Positions 1-10,400 of a stretch of DNA of 64,000 bases are shown one piece after another. This DNA is from Spirochaetota bacterium (GTDB lineage: Bacteria; Spirochaetota; UBA12135; COTS27; CBDBHE01): positions 32,001 to 96,000 of the forward strand of contig CBDBHE010000002.1 in assembly GCA_965205605.1 (NCBI GenBank). The letters are read 5' to 3'. Each line of letters begins with the position of its first letter. Positions within the stretch are counted from its first letter, which is position 1. Both the position numbers and the translations under genes were made by a program. The notes below the pieces were generated by a model. The model had not been told where the DNA came from, did not search any database, and saw only the letters and a program-made list of their open reading frames with translations.

Positions 1-10
1 AAAAATCATC

Positions 11-970
11 ATGAAGCACAAAAAATCTTATTTTTCTATTGAAAAACTCAAAACTTATTTTCCAATAGAAACCAATTTTTTTGGTAAACCTAAAAAGTAT
101 TTAAAAGCTCTAGATGGAGTGAGCTTGAAAATCCAACAAGGAGAAACTCTTGCTTTAGTGGGAGAGTCAGGTTCTGGTAAAACTACCTTGGGCAAAACAA
201 TGTTATCTTTAGTCAAAAAAACGTCAGGCAATGTTAAATGGAAAGAAAAAAATATTGATCTTTTCAATAAAAAAGAAAAACTTTTCTTTAGAAAAGAAAA
301 TCAAATTATTTTTCAAGACCCTATTAATTCTCTTAATCCTTCTTTTAGTATTTTTGAGATCCTTTGTGAAGGGCTTGATATTCATTTCAAGCTTTCTTTT
401 CAAGAAAAAAAAAATAAGATTAAACAAGCCTTACGAACCATTGGTTTAGAAGATGCTTTTGATAAATACCCACATCAATTTTCAGGGGGTCAAAGACAGA
501 GAATTATGATTGCTAAAGCCACTTTATTACAACCTAAATTTATTGTTTGTGATGAACCAGTGGCTTCTTTGGATGTTTCAATTCAAGCTCAAATTTTAAA
601 ACTTTTAATGGATTTACAAAAAAAATATTCTCTTTCTTATCTATTTATTTCTCATGATTTAGCGGTGGTTTACCATATAGCTAGCCGAGTAGTTGTGATG
701 TATTTAGGAGAAATTGTCGAGGAAGGCCTGACTCAAGAGATTTTCAAGTCGCCTTCTCATCCTTATACGCATTCTCTTCTTGAAGCGATCCCAAAGTTTT
801 CAAAGAGAAAAAAAAAGCTTGTTAAAGGAGATATTCCTTCTCCTATTGACAAACCTTTAGGATGTGTTTTTAATACTCGCTGTGATAAAGCCACTGAAAA
901 ATGTTTTTTAGAAAAACCTTTATTTAAAAAACTTTCTAAGACTCATTTTTCAGCTTGTCATTTTTCTTAA
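11..970 (+). CDS. oppF: Oligopeptide/dipeptide ABC transporter ATP-binding subunit (OppF/DppF type)
   Basis: Walker A GESGSGKT, signature FSGGQRQR, Walker B IVCDEP, C-terminal HPYT...GCVFNTRC...C...ACH oligopeptide domain. Confidence 0.9.
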   Translation: MKHKKSYFSIEKLKTYFPIETNFFGKPKKYLKALDGVSLKIQQGETLALVGESGSGKTTLGKTMLSLVKKTSGNVKWKEKNIDLFNKKEKLFFRKENQIIFQDPINSLNPSFSIFEILCEGLDIHFKLSFQEKKNKIKQALRTIGLEDAFDKYPHQFSGGQRQRIMIAKATLLQPKFIVCDEPVASLDVSIQAQILKLLMDLQKKYSLSYLFISHDLAVVYHIASRVVVMYLGEIVEEGLTQEIFKSPSHPYTHSLLEAIPKFSKRKKKLVKGDIPSPIDKPLGCVFNTRCDKATEKCFLEKPLFKKLSKTHFSACHFS

Positions 971-2119
971 ATCACCTTTACTTTTCTTTTCTTTTTGTAC
1001 TTCAAATCCCAAATATTTTAACACTTGACTTGTTTTAGGTTTTAAAAAACTTGAATGCTTGATCACATAGTGGTGAAATTCAAGTCTTCTTGGATACTGT
1101 TTTCTAAATGTTTCGAAAGCAGACTTGATGTTTTTTGTTTTTAATAAGATTTGTTTGAAATTTTGAGCTTCTTTTTTAATGTTATAAACTTTTGAAATTA
1201 CTTGAAAAAGTGTTTGTGTTAGACTGTTATCTTCTTTTAATGAAATGATTTTTTTCTTTGACAAGCTTGTTGGAATTTTCCATTTAATAGGTTCTTTTTT
1301 CCATTCACAAAATTGATGATAAATGATTTCGGTTGCTTTTATTTTTCCATCAAAGCTATAACCGGCTATATGAGGGGTTGCTAAAAAAATTTTCTTTAAA
1401 ATTTTTGGATTAATATGGGGCTCTTTTCTAAAAACATCTAAAATAACTTGAGAAATCATTTCTTTTTTAATTGCTTTTAAAAGGTCATTTTCTTTAATAA
1501 TCTCTCCTCTACTGGCATTAATTAAAAGAGGTTTTTGAGTTAATTTTTTTAAAAAAGCACCATTGACAAAATTATTTGTTGGGTATTTGGTTTGGTAGGT
1601 GAGAGGGACGTGAAAACTAATAATATCTGCTTTGGTAGCAGAGATTAGACTTTTAGAAAAATTTTTTTTATCTAAAAAAGGATCAATAGCAATCACTTTC
1701 ATCTTTAATTTTTTGCACCAATTGATCAAAAGACTTCCAATATGACCACAGCCAACAATCGCAATCGTTAAGGTTTCAACTTCTTTTGAATATTCAGTAG
1801 CGTAATAAAAAATAGCCGAAAAAACATACTCACAAACAGAACGAGCATTACAACCTGCAGCATGAATAAAAGCAATTTTTTTTTTGTTTAAATAAGAAAG
1901 ATCTACGTGATTAATGCCACTTGTTGGAGAAGCAATAAATTGAATCAAGGTGTTTTTTAAAAGAGAATCATTAATGAAGGTATTAGACTTTGTAATGAGT
2001 CCGTGAGCTTTTTTAAGGTGCTTATTTTTTAATTTTTTTACTTCAAAAAGAGTGACTTTTGCATGGAAGGAAAATGCTTGTGAAGCAAAAGGAATATTCT
2101 CATCAATAAAGAGATTCAA
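950..2119 (-). CDS. pdxB: Erythronate-4-phosphate dehydrogenase
   Basis: TTG start; N-terminal IDENIP, GCNARSVCEY, GCGHIG Rossmann motif, FHVPLT, NASRG, TPHIAGYSFDGK, C-terminal FETFRKQYPRR. Confidence 0.85.
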   Translation of the reverse strand: MNLFIDENIPFASQAFSFHAKVTLFEVKKLKNKHLKKAHGLITKSNTFINDSLLKNTLIQFIASPTSGINHVDLSYLNKKKIAFIHAAGCNARSVCEYVFSAIFYYATEYSKEVETLTIAIVGCGHIGSLLINWCKKLKMKVIAIDPFLDKKNFSKSLISATKADIISFHVPLTYQTKYPTNNFVNGAFLKKLTQKPLLINASRGEIIKENDLLKAIKKEMISQVILDVFRKEPHINPKILKKIFLATPHIAGYSFDGKIKATEIIYHQFCEWKKEPIKWKIPTSLSKKKIISLKEDNSLTQTLFQVISKVYNIKKEAQNFKQILLKTKNIKSAFETFRKQYPRRLEFHHYVIKHSSFLKPKTSQVLKYLGFEVQKEKKSKGDLRKMTS

Positions 2120-2148
2120 GGGGCAAAAAAAGCTTGGTTTGTTAAAAA

Positions 2149-3267
2149 TTAATCGTTTTGATGTAAAGACTGATTGAGTTCAACAGACTTTTTGTTGGGA
2201 TAGCAAATAATTTTTCCTGAAGTAGAATCTTGTAAAAAAAGAAGATTCTCTTTACCCGATAGCTCAGCACCTTTAATAATATTGTCGCCTTCTTTAACAA
2301 ACTCTTCTTTTAGATTGATAGGGTTTTTTTCTTGATTATAAAGTGAAACTTTTGTCCCTGATGTAATATACACTCCTGCAGCAATTGTACAACCATCTCC
2401 TAAAGAGATCCCTGTCCCTGCATTGGCTCCTATAAGGCATCTTTGTCCAATGTGAATGATGGTTTTTCCTCCTCCAGAAAGAGTGCCCATAATTGAGGCT
2501 CCTCCACCAATATCAGAGTCTTTTTCTAAAACAACTCCAGCAGATACTCGACCTTCTATCATACAGTTTTCAATTGTTCCTGCATTAAAATTAACATACC
2601 CTGCAGGCATGATAGTCGTCCCTGTCCCTAAGTAAGCACCTAACCTAGCTTGCGAGCCTGAAGCAATACGAACTCCTTTTGGAATCGTATAATTAAGTAA
2701 ATGAGGAATCTTATCAACATAAAAAATTTGTAATGGGTGTTCGGTTGTTAAATACTTTAATTTTTCTTCTTCCACGTCATTAATGAGCATCGGGCCTTTG
2801 TTGGTCCAAGCTAAATTGTTTAAATAACCAAACATGCCTTCTAAAGAAAGTTGATTGGGCTGATAAAGCTTTTTTGAAATACAATGAAGTTTAAAGAAAG
2901 CTTCTTCGGTGCTTAAAATTGCCTTTTTTTCTTCAAAGAGAAAAAAAAAAATTAGATCGATAGTTGTGTATTTTGATGTTTCTAAATTTAAATGAAGGAG
3001 TGTTTTTAAAATTTGATTTTTTTTTGAATTGTTTTCTTTTGATGAATTTTCGATGAAACTTTCAAGGGTCTCTTTTGTCAGAAGTTTTAAGCCATTTTTT
3101 GAGTCATTGATAGAAGAGGTGATCTTTAAAGTTTTTAAGGTATTAATTAAACTATTTTTATCTTTATTTTTAGAAGTTTCAATAATAGGGAAAGTAACAT
3201 CTAAAGTTTTATTTGCTTTTTTTCTTCGAATTCCAATCCCACAAGTCAGTAGTTTTTGATTTTGCAT
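2149..3267 (-). CDS. dapD: Tetrahydrodipicolinate N-succinyltransferase, long (Pseudomonas/actinobacterial-like) form
   Basis: AWTNKGP, VDK.P...Y..P.GVRIA, RLGAYL, GYVNFNAGT, MIEGRVSAGV, DIGGGASIMGTLSGG hexapeptide region. Confidence 0.9.
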   Translation of the reverse strand: MQNQKLLTCGIGIRRKKANKTLDVTFPIIETSKNKDKNSLINTLKTLKITSSINDSKNGLKLLTKETLESFIENSSKENNSKKNQILKTLLHLNLETSKYTTIDLIFFFLFEEKKAILSTEEAFFKLHCISKKLYQPNQLSLEGMFGYLNNLAWTNKGPMLINDVEEEKLKYLTTEHPLQIFYVDKIPHLLNYTIPKGVRIASGSQARLGAYLGTGTTIMPAGYVNFNAGTIENCMIEGRVSAGVVLEKDSDIGGGASIMGTLSGGGKTIIHIGQRCLIGANAGTGISLGDGCTIAAGVYITSGTKVSLYNQEKNPINLKEEFVKEGDNIIKGAELSGKENLLFLQDSTSGKIICYPNKKSVELNQSLHQND

Positions 3268-3360
3268 TTTGTTTTATAAGTATATTTTCACCATTTTAGC
3301 ATGATTTAAAAAAGAATTTTTTCTCTTTTATGCTTGTAAGAGGCTTTGGCTTAGAAAATA

Positions 3361-3369
3361 TGCTATAAT
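3361..3369 (+). promoter_or_regulatory. Extended -10 sigma70 promoter for tRNA-Cys/tRNA-Leu
   Basis: TGcTATAAT ending 25 nt upstream of tRNA-Cys. Confidence 0.6.
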
Positions 3370-3394
3370 TTTTTTTAAAAATCAATCACTACTT

Positions 3395-3466
3395 GGAGGG
3401 TTAGCCAAGTGGTAAGGCAGAGGTTTGCAAAACCTCTATGCACCGGTTCGAATCCGGTACCCTCCT
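3395..3466 (+). tRNA. tRNA-Cys(GCA)
   Basis: GGAGGGT/ACCCTCC acceptor stem, GAGGT-TTGCAAA-ACCTC anticodon arm, GGTTCGAATCC T-loop, U73; CCA not encoded. Confidence 0.95.
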
Positions 3467-3515
3467 CTTCAATAGTAATCACTTTCCTATAAAAAAATTG
3501 GAATGGTGAAATAAT

Positions 3516-3600
3516 GCCGGAGTGGTGGAATTGGTAGACACAAGGGACTTAAAATCCCTCGGCTGTTACAGCTGTGCCGGTTCAAGTCCGGCCTCCGGTA
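3516..3600 (+). tRNA. tRNA-Leu(TAA)
   Basis: GCCGGAG acceptor, AGGGA-CTTAAAA-TCCCT anticodon arm, long variable arm, GGTTCAAGTCC. Confidence 0.95.
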
Positions 3601-3642
3601 CTTTTTTATTTTGAATGCCATTGTAATGATTCATTCTTTTTA

Positions 3643-4548
3643 ATGACTATTTCTTTACAAATTGATTGTTATGCAAAGATCAATTTATTTCTTTCTTTAT
3701 TAAAAAAAAGAAGCGATTCTTATCACGAAATACAATCTGTTTTTCAAAGTATTTCTCTTTATGATTCGTTAGTTTTAAAAACATCAAAAACCTTTTCTTT
3801 AAAGCTCAATCAAAAAGCTTCTTCTTTTCCAATTAAAGACAAAGAAAATTTTTTAAATCAGAATTTGATTCAACAGATTTACGATTACTTTTTAAAGACT
3901 TATCACATTAATGCAGTGAGAGTAAATTTAATTAAAAGAATTCCTATTGGAGCAGGCCTTGGGGGAGGAAGTGCTGATGGAGCTGGGATGATTTGGGGGC
4001 TCAATCAATTGTTTGATCTCAAACTTTCTTTAAAAAAACTTATTGGTATTGCTTCTTACTTTGGCAGTGATATTCCTTTTGCTTTAAGAGGAGGGTGTGC
4101 ATTAGTAAAGGGAAGGGGGGAGAAGATTCGTTTTTTACCTTCGGTTGTTTCGTGCTATGTGCTCCTTATTTATCCGGAAATTTTTATTTCAACTAAGGTG
4201 GCTTATAAAGATCATGCTATTTTAAATAAAAACAAAAAAGCTAAATCGTTTATTAAATTTTTTTTTGACACTAAAAGAAAAAACTCTTTACAAAAAGCTG
4301 CTTTGAAAGCTTATAATGGTTTTGAAAGTAAAACATTTTTAAAATGGCAGACAATTTACAAACTTTTTGAAACATTAAAAAAACACGCTTCTTTTGTTCG
4401 TATGAGTGGATCTGGCTCAAGTTTATTTGCTTTGTTTTTAGATAAAAAACAAGCTGAGTCTGCTTTTCTTTTTTTTAAAAAAAAATATTTTTATACGTTT
4501 CTTCTTAAGACAGAAAATCAAGGAATTAGGGTGAAATCTATTGTTTAA
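3643..4548 (+). CDS. ispE: 4-diphosphocytidyl-2-C-methyl-D-erythritol kinase
   Basis: AKINLFL, YHEIQS, IPIGAGLGGGSAD, GSDIPF, MSGSGS. Start moved to ATG 3643 because the ORF-track start lies inside tRNA-Leu. Confidence 0.92.
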   Translation: MTISLQIDCYAKINLFLSLLKKRSDSYHEIQSVFQSISLYDSLVLKTSKTFSLKLNQKASSFPIKDKENFLNQNLIQQIYDYFLKTYHINAVRVNLIKRIPIGAGLGGGSADGAGMIWGLNQLFDLKLSLKKLIGIASYFGSDIPFALRGGCALVKGRGEKIRFLPSVVSCYVLLIYPEIFISTKVAYKDHAILNKNKKAKSFIKFFFDTKRKNSLQKAALKAYNGFESKTFLKWQTIYKLFETLKKHASFVRMSGSGSSLFALFLDKKQAESAFLFFKKKYFYTFLLKTENQGIRVKSIV

Positions 4549-4597
4549 ATCATTGGTGTTTCAACTTCAATTTCTTTGTAATTTGAAGTCATTTGTA

Positions 4598-4606
4598 TGT
4601 TATAAT
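4598..4606 (+). promoter_or_regulatory. Extended -10 promoter for tRNA-Gln-rplY-pth-tilS
   Basis: TGtTATAAT ending 23 nt before tRNA-Gln. Confidence 0.6.
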
Positions 4607-4629
4607 AACTACCAAATTGTTATATTAAT

Positions 4630-4701
4630 TGGGGTGTAGCCAAGTGGTAAGGCAACGGGTTTTGGTCTCGTCATACCTAGGTTCGAATCCTAGCACCCCA
4701 G
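4630..4701 (+). tRNA. tRNA-Gln(TTG)
   Basis: TGGGGTG/CACCCCA acceptor, ACGGG-TTTTGGT-CTCGT anticodon arm, GGTTCGAATCC; usual ispE-tRNA-Gln-rplY context. Confidence 0.95.
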
Positions 4702-4752
4702 ATGATTTAATACTTAAAAAAAGAAACGGTATCAAGTATTTTAAGGAGTTCT

Positions 4753-5406
4753 ATGATGAAACTTGTTTTAGAAGCCAATAAACGAAAAATAAAAATAAAA
4801 AATATCGCTAGAAAATCTTTTAAGAATAACTTTATCCCGGCTATTCTTTATGGCAAAAATCTTAATACTCCAGTTGAAGTTTCTCGTAGTCAATTTGAAA
4901 AAATCTTCCCACATATTCAAACTAATTCTATTTTAAAACTTATTTTGGAAAAAAAAGAAGAAAAGGTGTTTTTACGAGATTATACAATTTCTCTTAAAAA
5001 TAGAAGTATTAATCATATTGATTTTTTTGCTGTAAATGAAAATTCAACCATTTCTATAGGGATTCCTATTGAATTAAAAGGAGTTGCAAAGGGAGTTCTT
5101 AGAGGAGGTGTGGTGCGATGTTTTAATAAAACTATTTTTGTGAAGGCTCAAGTGCTTAATCTCCCTAAAACAATAGAAATTGATATTTCTAATTTAGACG
5201 TGGGTCATTCTTTTCTTGTAGAAGATTTAAAACTAGGTGAAAAACTTATCATTTTAGACACCCCTAAAAGAACCATTGTAACAGTGGTTGCTCTAGCAAA
5301 AGAAGCTAAAGTAGAAGAAGAAGAGAGTGATAATAAAGAAAAAGAGACTGCCTCAGCAGATGCTCCCAAAAAAAATCTAAAACAAAATGAAGAGAAAAAA
5401 AAATAA
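4753..5406 (+). CDS. rplY: 50S ribosomal protein bL25/Ctc
   Basis: IPAILYG, HIDFF, IPIELKG..KGV..GG, LPKTIEIDIS.L.VG; AAGGAG RBS; upstream of pth. Confidence 0.92.
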   Translation: MMKLVLEANKRKIKIKNIARKSFKNNFIPAILYGKNLNTPVEVSRSQFEKIFPHIQTNSILKLILEKKEEKVFLRDYTISLKNRSINHIDFFAVNENSTISIGIPIELKGVAKGVLRGGVVRCFNKTIFVKAQVLNLPKTIEIDISNLDVGHSFLVEDLKLGEKLIILDTPKRTIVTVVALAKEAKVEEEESDNKEKETASADAPKKNLKQNEEKKK

Positions 5407-5434
5407 CAATTAATTTATTTTTTAATCTATTAAA

Positions 5435-5995
5435 ATGAATGTAAAACTTATTGTTGGTTGTGGTAATCCAGGAATAGAGTACACAGATACAAGACATAAT
5501 CTTGGTTTTAAATGTATCGATTTTATTTCGAATACTTTTAAAATCCCTCTTAATATAGAGAAAAAAAAAGCTATTTTTGGAAAAAAAAATATTACTAAAA
5601 GTCAATCTGTTGTTTTACTTAATCCTCAAACTTTTAGCGTCCATATTGGAGAAGCCGTTCTTTACATTGCTTCTTTTTTAAAAGTTCAAATTAAAGATAT
5701 TTTTGTTATTTTCGATGATATCCACTCTTCTTTTGGTCAAATAGGGCTCTTTGAAACTTCAGAATCTTTTGTTCATAGTGCCATTAAAAGTCTTAACGAA
5801 TCTCTTATTAGTGATGACTTTATAAAATGCGCTGTTGGTATTGGTCCTTTACCAGAAGGTAAACTAGAAGAAGATTTTTACTTAGAGTCTTTTTCAGAAA
5901 GTGAAGAAGCTTTAAAAAAAATTTACCAAAAAGTGTACCAAAAAGCTTTGGATTTTATTAATATTAATCCTTTAGAGAGTTCTAATAAGTTATGA
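5435..5995 (+). CDS. pth: Peptidyl-tRNA hydrolase (divergent active site)
   Basis: LIVGCGNPG..Y..TRHNLGF N-terminus and rplY-pth-tilS synteny; the MN and GHNG motifs are replaced. Confidence 0.85.
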   Translation: MNVKLIVGCGNPGIEYTDTRHNLGFKCIDFISNTFKIPLNIEKKKAIFGKKNITKSQSVVLLNPQTFSVHIGEAVLYIASFLKVQIKDIFVIFDDIHSSFGQIGLFETSESFVHSAIKSLNESLISDDFIKCAVGIGPLPEGKLEEDFYLESFSESEEALKKIYQKVYQKALDFININPLESSNKL

Positions 5996-6023
5996 TGTTG
6001 TTTGATCATTTTAAGCTTAAAGA

Positions 6024-7418
6024 ATGAGCTTAGAAGATCTTTTCTTTACTAAAATTAAAAAAAATTTAGAAAAACATTCTTATTTTCTACAAAATAAAAA
6101 ACTTCTTTTACTCGTTTCAGGAGGGGCTGACTCTGTTTTCTTAACTTATTTTATTTGTTCTTATATAAAACCTGAAAACATTCATGTCCTCCATATTAAT
6201 TATGCCCTTAGGGGCAAAGCTTCTTTTAAAGAACAATCTTTTGTTCAAAATCTTTGCGATTTTTTTAAAATTAAAAATCATTCTTTTTTATATCCTTTAG
6301 ATAAAAAAAAAAATATTCAATTTTTTGCAAGAAACTATCGTTATCAAGTAGCTCATCAACTTAAAGAAAAATATCACTTAGATTATATTTTAATTGCTCA
6401 CCATCAAGATGATGTCGTAGAAACTTTTTTTATTAAGCTTCTACAAAAAGCTGGTCTTAAAGGGCTGACTTCATTTGACTTGTCTACAGATTGTTTGCTT
6501 AGGCCTCTTTTGATTATTACTAAAAGTGAAATCCTTCATTATCTTAAAATGAAGAAAATCTCTTATAAAACAGATCATTCCAATAAAAAAAATAAATTTT
6601 TAAGAAACTTTTTAAGAAATAAAATTTTTTCTATTCTGGATAACCATTTAACTCATTGGAGAGAAAGTTTTTTAGCTTCTAAGCAATCTTTAAAAGAATC
6701 TTTATTTCTCATTAATCATTTTCTTTCTTTTTTTTTTACTTATAACAATAAGGAAAAAAATTTGTTTTTTCATAAACAATTTTTTACTTTATCTACTTTA
6801 ATTCAAACCACATTATTAAAGCACGCTTTTGGTGCTTTTTTTAAAAAAAAACATTTTTCAAAAAAAGAAATTGCTGCCATTTTAGAAAAAATAAAAAAAC
6901 CAGGTGAAAAAAAATTGTTTTCTATTAACAATCTTTTTTATGCTTATTCAACAGGAACTCTTTACCCTACAAAAGACGAAATTTTAATTTCAAAAAAAAT
7001 TATTTTAAACAAACAACAAATTTTTAATTCTAAAAAAATTATTTTAAAATCAATAAAAGATTCTTTAAATCTTAAAAAAACCATTACTTTCTCCCTACCT
7101 TATTTTACAAATTTTGTTTTATTAAGAAGCAAAAATAAAGGAGAAAAAATTTGTCTAAATAAAAAATCAAATCGTACTACTTCTTTAAAAAAAATGTTTA
7201 TTAATCAAAAAATACCCAAATGGTTTAGGGATTTTACTTGGGTTATTGAAAGCGAACGTAAGGAAATTATTGGTTTTTTTATTCCTTTGTGGAAAGAAAA
7301 AGACTTATTAGTTAAAATGCAATGGATGAAAGAAGATTCTCTTATTTGGATTGTCGATCAGTTTTCTAAGACTAAAAATACTTATAAATACCTTCTTTAT
7401 ATTGACTCTATAGATTAA
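6024..7418 (+). CDS. tilS: tRNA(Ile)-lysidine synthetase
   Basis: VSGGADS PP-loop, AHHQDD.VET, RPLL, D.SN.....RN.LR, C-terminal LKKMFINQKIPKWFR. Confidence 0.9.
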   Translation: MSLEDLFFTKIKKNLEKHSYFLQNKKLLLLVSGGADSVFLTYFICSYIKPENIHVLHINYALRGKASFKEQSFVQNLCDFFKIKNHSFLYPLDKKKNIQFFARNYRYQVAHQLKEKYHLDYILIAHHQDDVVETFFIKLLQKAGLKGLTSFDLSTDCLLRPLLIITKSEILHYLKMKKISYKTDHSNKKNKFLRNFLRNKIFSILDNHLTHWRESFLASKQSLKESLFLINHFLSFFFTYNNKEKNLFFHKQFFTLSTLIQTTLLKHAFGAFFKKKHFSKKEIAAILEKIKKPGEKKLFSINNLFYAYSTGTLYPTKDEILISKKIILNKQQIFNSKKIILKSIKDSLNLKKTITFSLPYFTNFVLLRSKNKGEKICLNKKSNRTTSLKKMFINQKIPKWFRDFTWVIESERKEIIGFFIPLWKEKDLLVKMQWMKEDSLIWIVDQFSKTKNTYKYLLYIDSID

Positions 7419-7470
7419 ATTTAAGGATATACTTTTATTTCACAGGAGGTTGTAAAGCAACAAACGGTAA

Positions 7471-10400
7471 ATGAATTTTTTGAAATTTAAACTTTTTTTT
7501 ACTCTTTCTTTAGCTTTTAAAATTTTTTTGAAATGGGGATGGGTAATGGGCCTGTTTCATTTTTTTTATGTTACTTTAAATCTTTCTGAGAAGCTTCCTT
7601 TATCAGTAGAAAAAAAAATTCTTTTTTTCTACCCTACCATTTTATTTTATTTTGTGAGTCTTTTTTTAATTAAAGCAATAAAGGCTTTGAGTCATTTTGA
7701 AGTCTTACTTGAAAACACTTTCGATCTTGATTTTCAACTTATCAACTTAAAGAATGCTTCTAGAAAAAAACACCTAAAGCCTCTTTATGATAACGAAGTC
7801 AATCGCCTATTAACTTCTTTTTCTCCTAAAGTTTTTTTTACAAAAAATACCCTAAGAGACTCTAAGGCAACTTTTATAGTTTTAGGACTTGTTTTTTTAT
7901 TTCATTTGTCTTTTCTTGATTCTCACAATCGTTTTGTAAATAATGTAAAAAGCATTCTTTTATTTCCTTCAACAGATATTTTTTTAAGTTACCCCAAAGC
8001 CATTAAAGAAAATGAAACTTTCTCTTTTTCTTTTTCAGGTAATTTTCAAAAAGGAATTCTTTTTCTTAATTCAGGTGAAAAAATAATCAAAAAGTCCCTT
8101 GATAAAAATGAAGTGTTTGCTATTTCTAACGTGACATCTAAAATAAATGGAAAGATTACTTTTCGTAAAGGACGTTTTTATAAAACAGAGGCAGTTAATG
8201 TAAATCTTTTACAAAAGCCTGTCATTAATTCTGTTGTTTTTAAAATTAAAAATCCTTTTGAAGATAAACCAACTTATTATGAAGGGATTTTAAGAGTTGA
8301 TGTCTATCAGCAATCTCAGGGCAAGCTTACTTTAAGCATTCAAAAAAATCAGGTCATTAAACAAGTTTGGCTTAATAAAAGATTGCTTTCTAACCAAGAA
8401 ATCAAAATTAATAAAAATAAGCTTTATTTTTATTTTAAAACTCCAGTTGCCCCTAAGTGGGAGCTTCGTCTTTTAAATCAACATGACCTCATTTCAGATC
8501 CTTTTTCATTAAAGCTAACAACGATTTTCAATAAATCACCAGAAGTTTTTATCTTAAGTCCAACTAACAACCTTATCGTAACCAATTATAAAGTTTCTAT
8601 TAGTTACTTGGCTCGAGATAATATTTTTTTAAAAAAAGTTACCTTATATTTACAAAATCCAGAAACTTACAAAGAGTTTTCGATTAAAAATCAAAAAGTC
8701 ATTTTTTTAAATCAAACTAAAAAACCAATTTATCAAATTGAAAAAAAAGTAATCCTCCCTTTAGATGCTTACTTTAAATCTGAAACAGATATTTTAAATT
8801 ATTATTTAGTCGCAGAAGATTTTTATGGCCTTAAATCTGCTTCTAAAACCAATACTTTAAAACAAAAAAATATCTTGGACACTTTAGTAGAAAACAAGCA
8901 ACATCAAGAAAATATTAAAGCAGAATTGACTCAAACTTTAAACAAACTAAAAGATTTAAGCCAAGATTATCAAGCACTTAAAATATTAAAAGAGCAAGGT
9001 CTTTTAAAAAAAGAATCTATTCATCATTATCAAAAAAAAGCAGAAGAAATTAAAGATGCTCTTAAAACTGTTTCAAAAAAACTTTCTGATTTTTTAGATC
9101 AAGATAACAAAAAAGACACCAAGTTATTTTCAAAAACTATTAGAGATAAAATTGCTTTTATTAAAAAAGAAATCGATCAAATTAATAAAGATTTTTTAGA
9201 ACAATTTTTAAAAAAAATGAAAAAAAACCTATTTGAAAAAAATTTTTCAGCAAAAGACTTTGAAAATTATTCAAATCAACTTAACCCAAAAGAGTTTGAA
9301 AAGCGTCTTGATACGTTGCTCAATGCTATTAAACAATTAAAAAAAAAAAGTCAAGCTGAAGCCCTTTCAAAATTAGCAGAAGATATTTATGATCACTTTG
9401 AGGACCTCCGTTTTTTTGATCTTTCTCCTCCGGGAATTAGAAAAGAAGTTTTAAAAAAAGAGCTTAATAGCATTACTATTAAATTAATAAAACTACAAAA
9501 TGATTTCGAAGCTTTTGATAAAGAATATCAAATTAAAAATGCCGATTCTTTAGAAGTTGTTTTAAAAGTACGTTCTTTTTTTAAATCTGATTTTAAAACA
9601 AAGATTTTAAACCTAAACGCACTAGCTAATAATAAAAAAGCAGGTATTATTAGTGAAAATCTCAATGATCTTAGAAAACGCTTTGCTTTTTTTCTTAGAG
9701 AACAAACAAATTTAGAATATGATAAAGCTTTTAAGCAAATTGAAGAACAGTTTCAAGGTTTTTTAATTAAAATTTCTTGGATAGAGCGCTTATATAAAGA
9801 AGAAATTGTTGATTTAGAAAACATCAATAAACCTTATCGAGATAGTCTTGTGACTGCTTTTATTTCTGACTATAAGACTCTTACTTTGTTTTATAAAAAT
9901 AAAATTTATCAAAATCTCTCTGGGTATGTAGGGGGAATTTTAAAACTGGTTAAAAAATATGATTACTTAATTAATCGTTTGGAAATTTTTCAAGAAAAAA
10001 TAGACCCGTCTAAACAATTGTTTAATGAAAATCATCACCTTACTATTTCAAAAAAATTCACTCAAATAGAAGAAATATCAAAAATTATTACCGCTGATTT
10101 ACTCACACTAAAGCAAATTCTTTCTAAAAAAAAGCAATTAGAAGAAAGAATGCAAAGCTTAAATCAAGCTGCACATCTTCAAAAAAAACAAGGTCAAAAA
10201 ATAAGTCGTTTGAAAAAGAAAGGGCTTGGAAACAGTCAAAACCTTACAGATGCTCAAAAACAATATTTGAAAAGACTCGCTTTAGAACAAGCTTATATTA
10301 AAAGTCTTTTAAAAAAATACCAAAATCTCCCCTTGTCAAAAAAAAACTCTCCCTCTTCTCAAAACAAACAACGCCTTCAAAAAAAATCTTCTTCTTCTTT

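Noticed and set aside
3574-3642. N-terminal extension of IspE
   Set aside because: It starts inside the T-arm of tRNA-Leu; the real start is ATG 3643.
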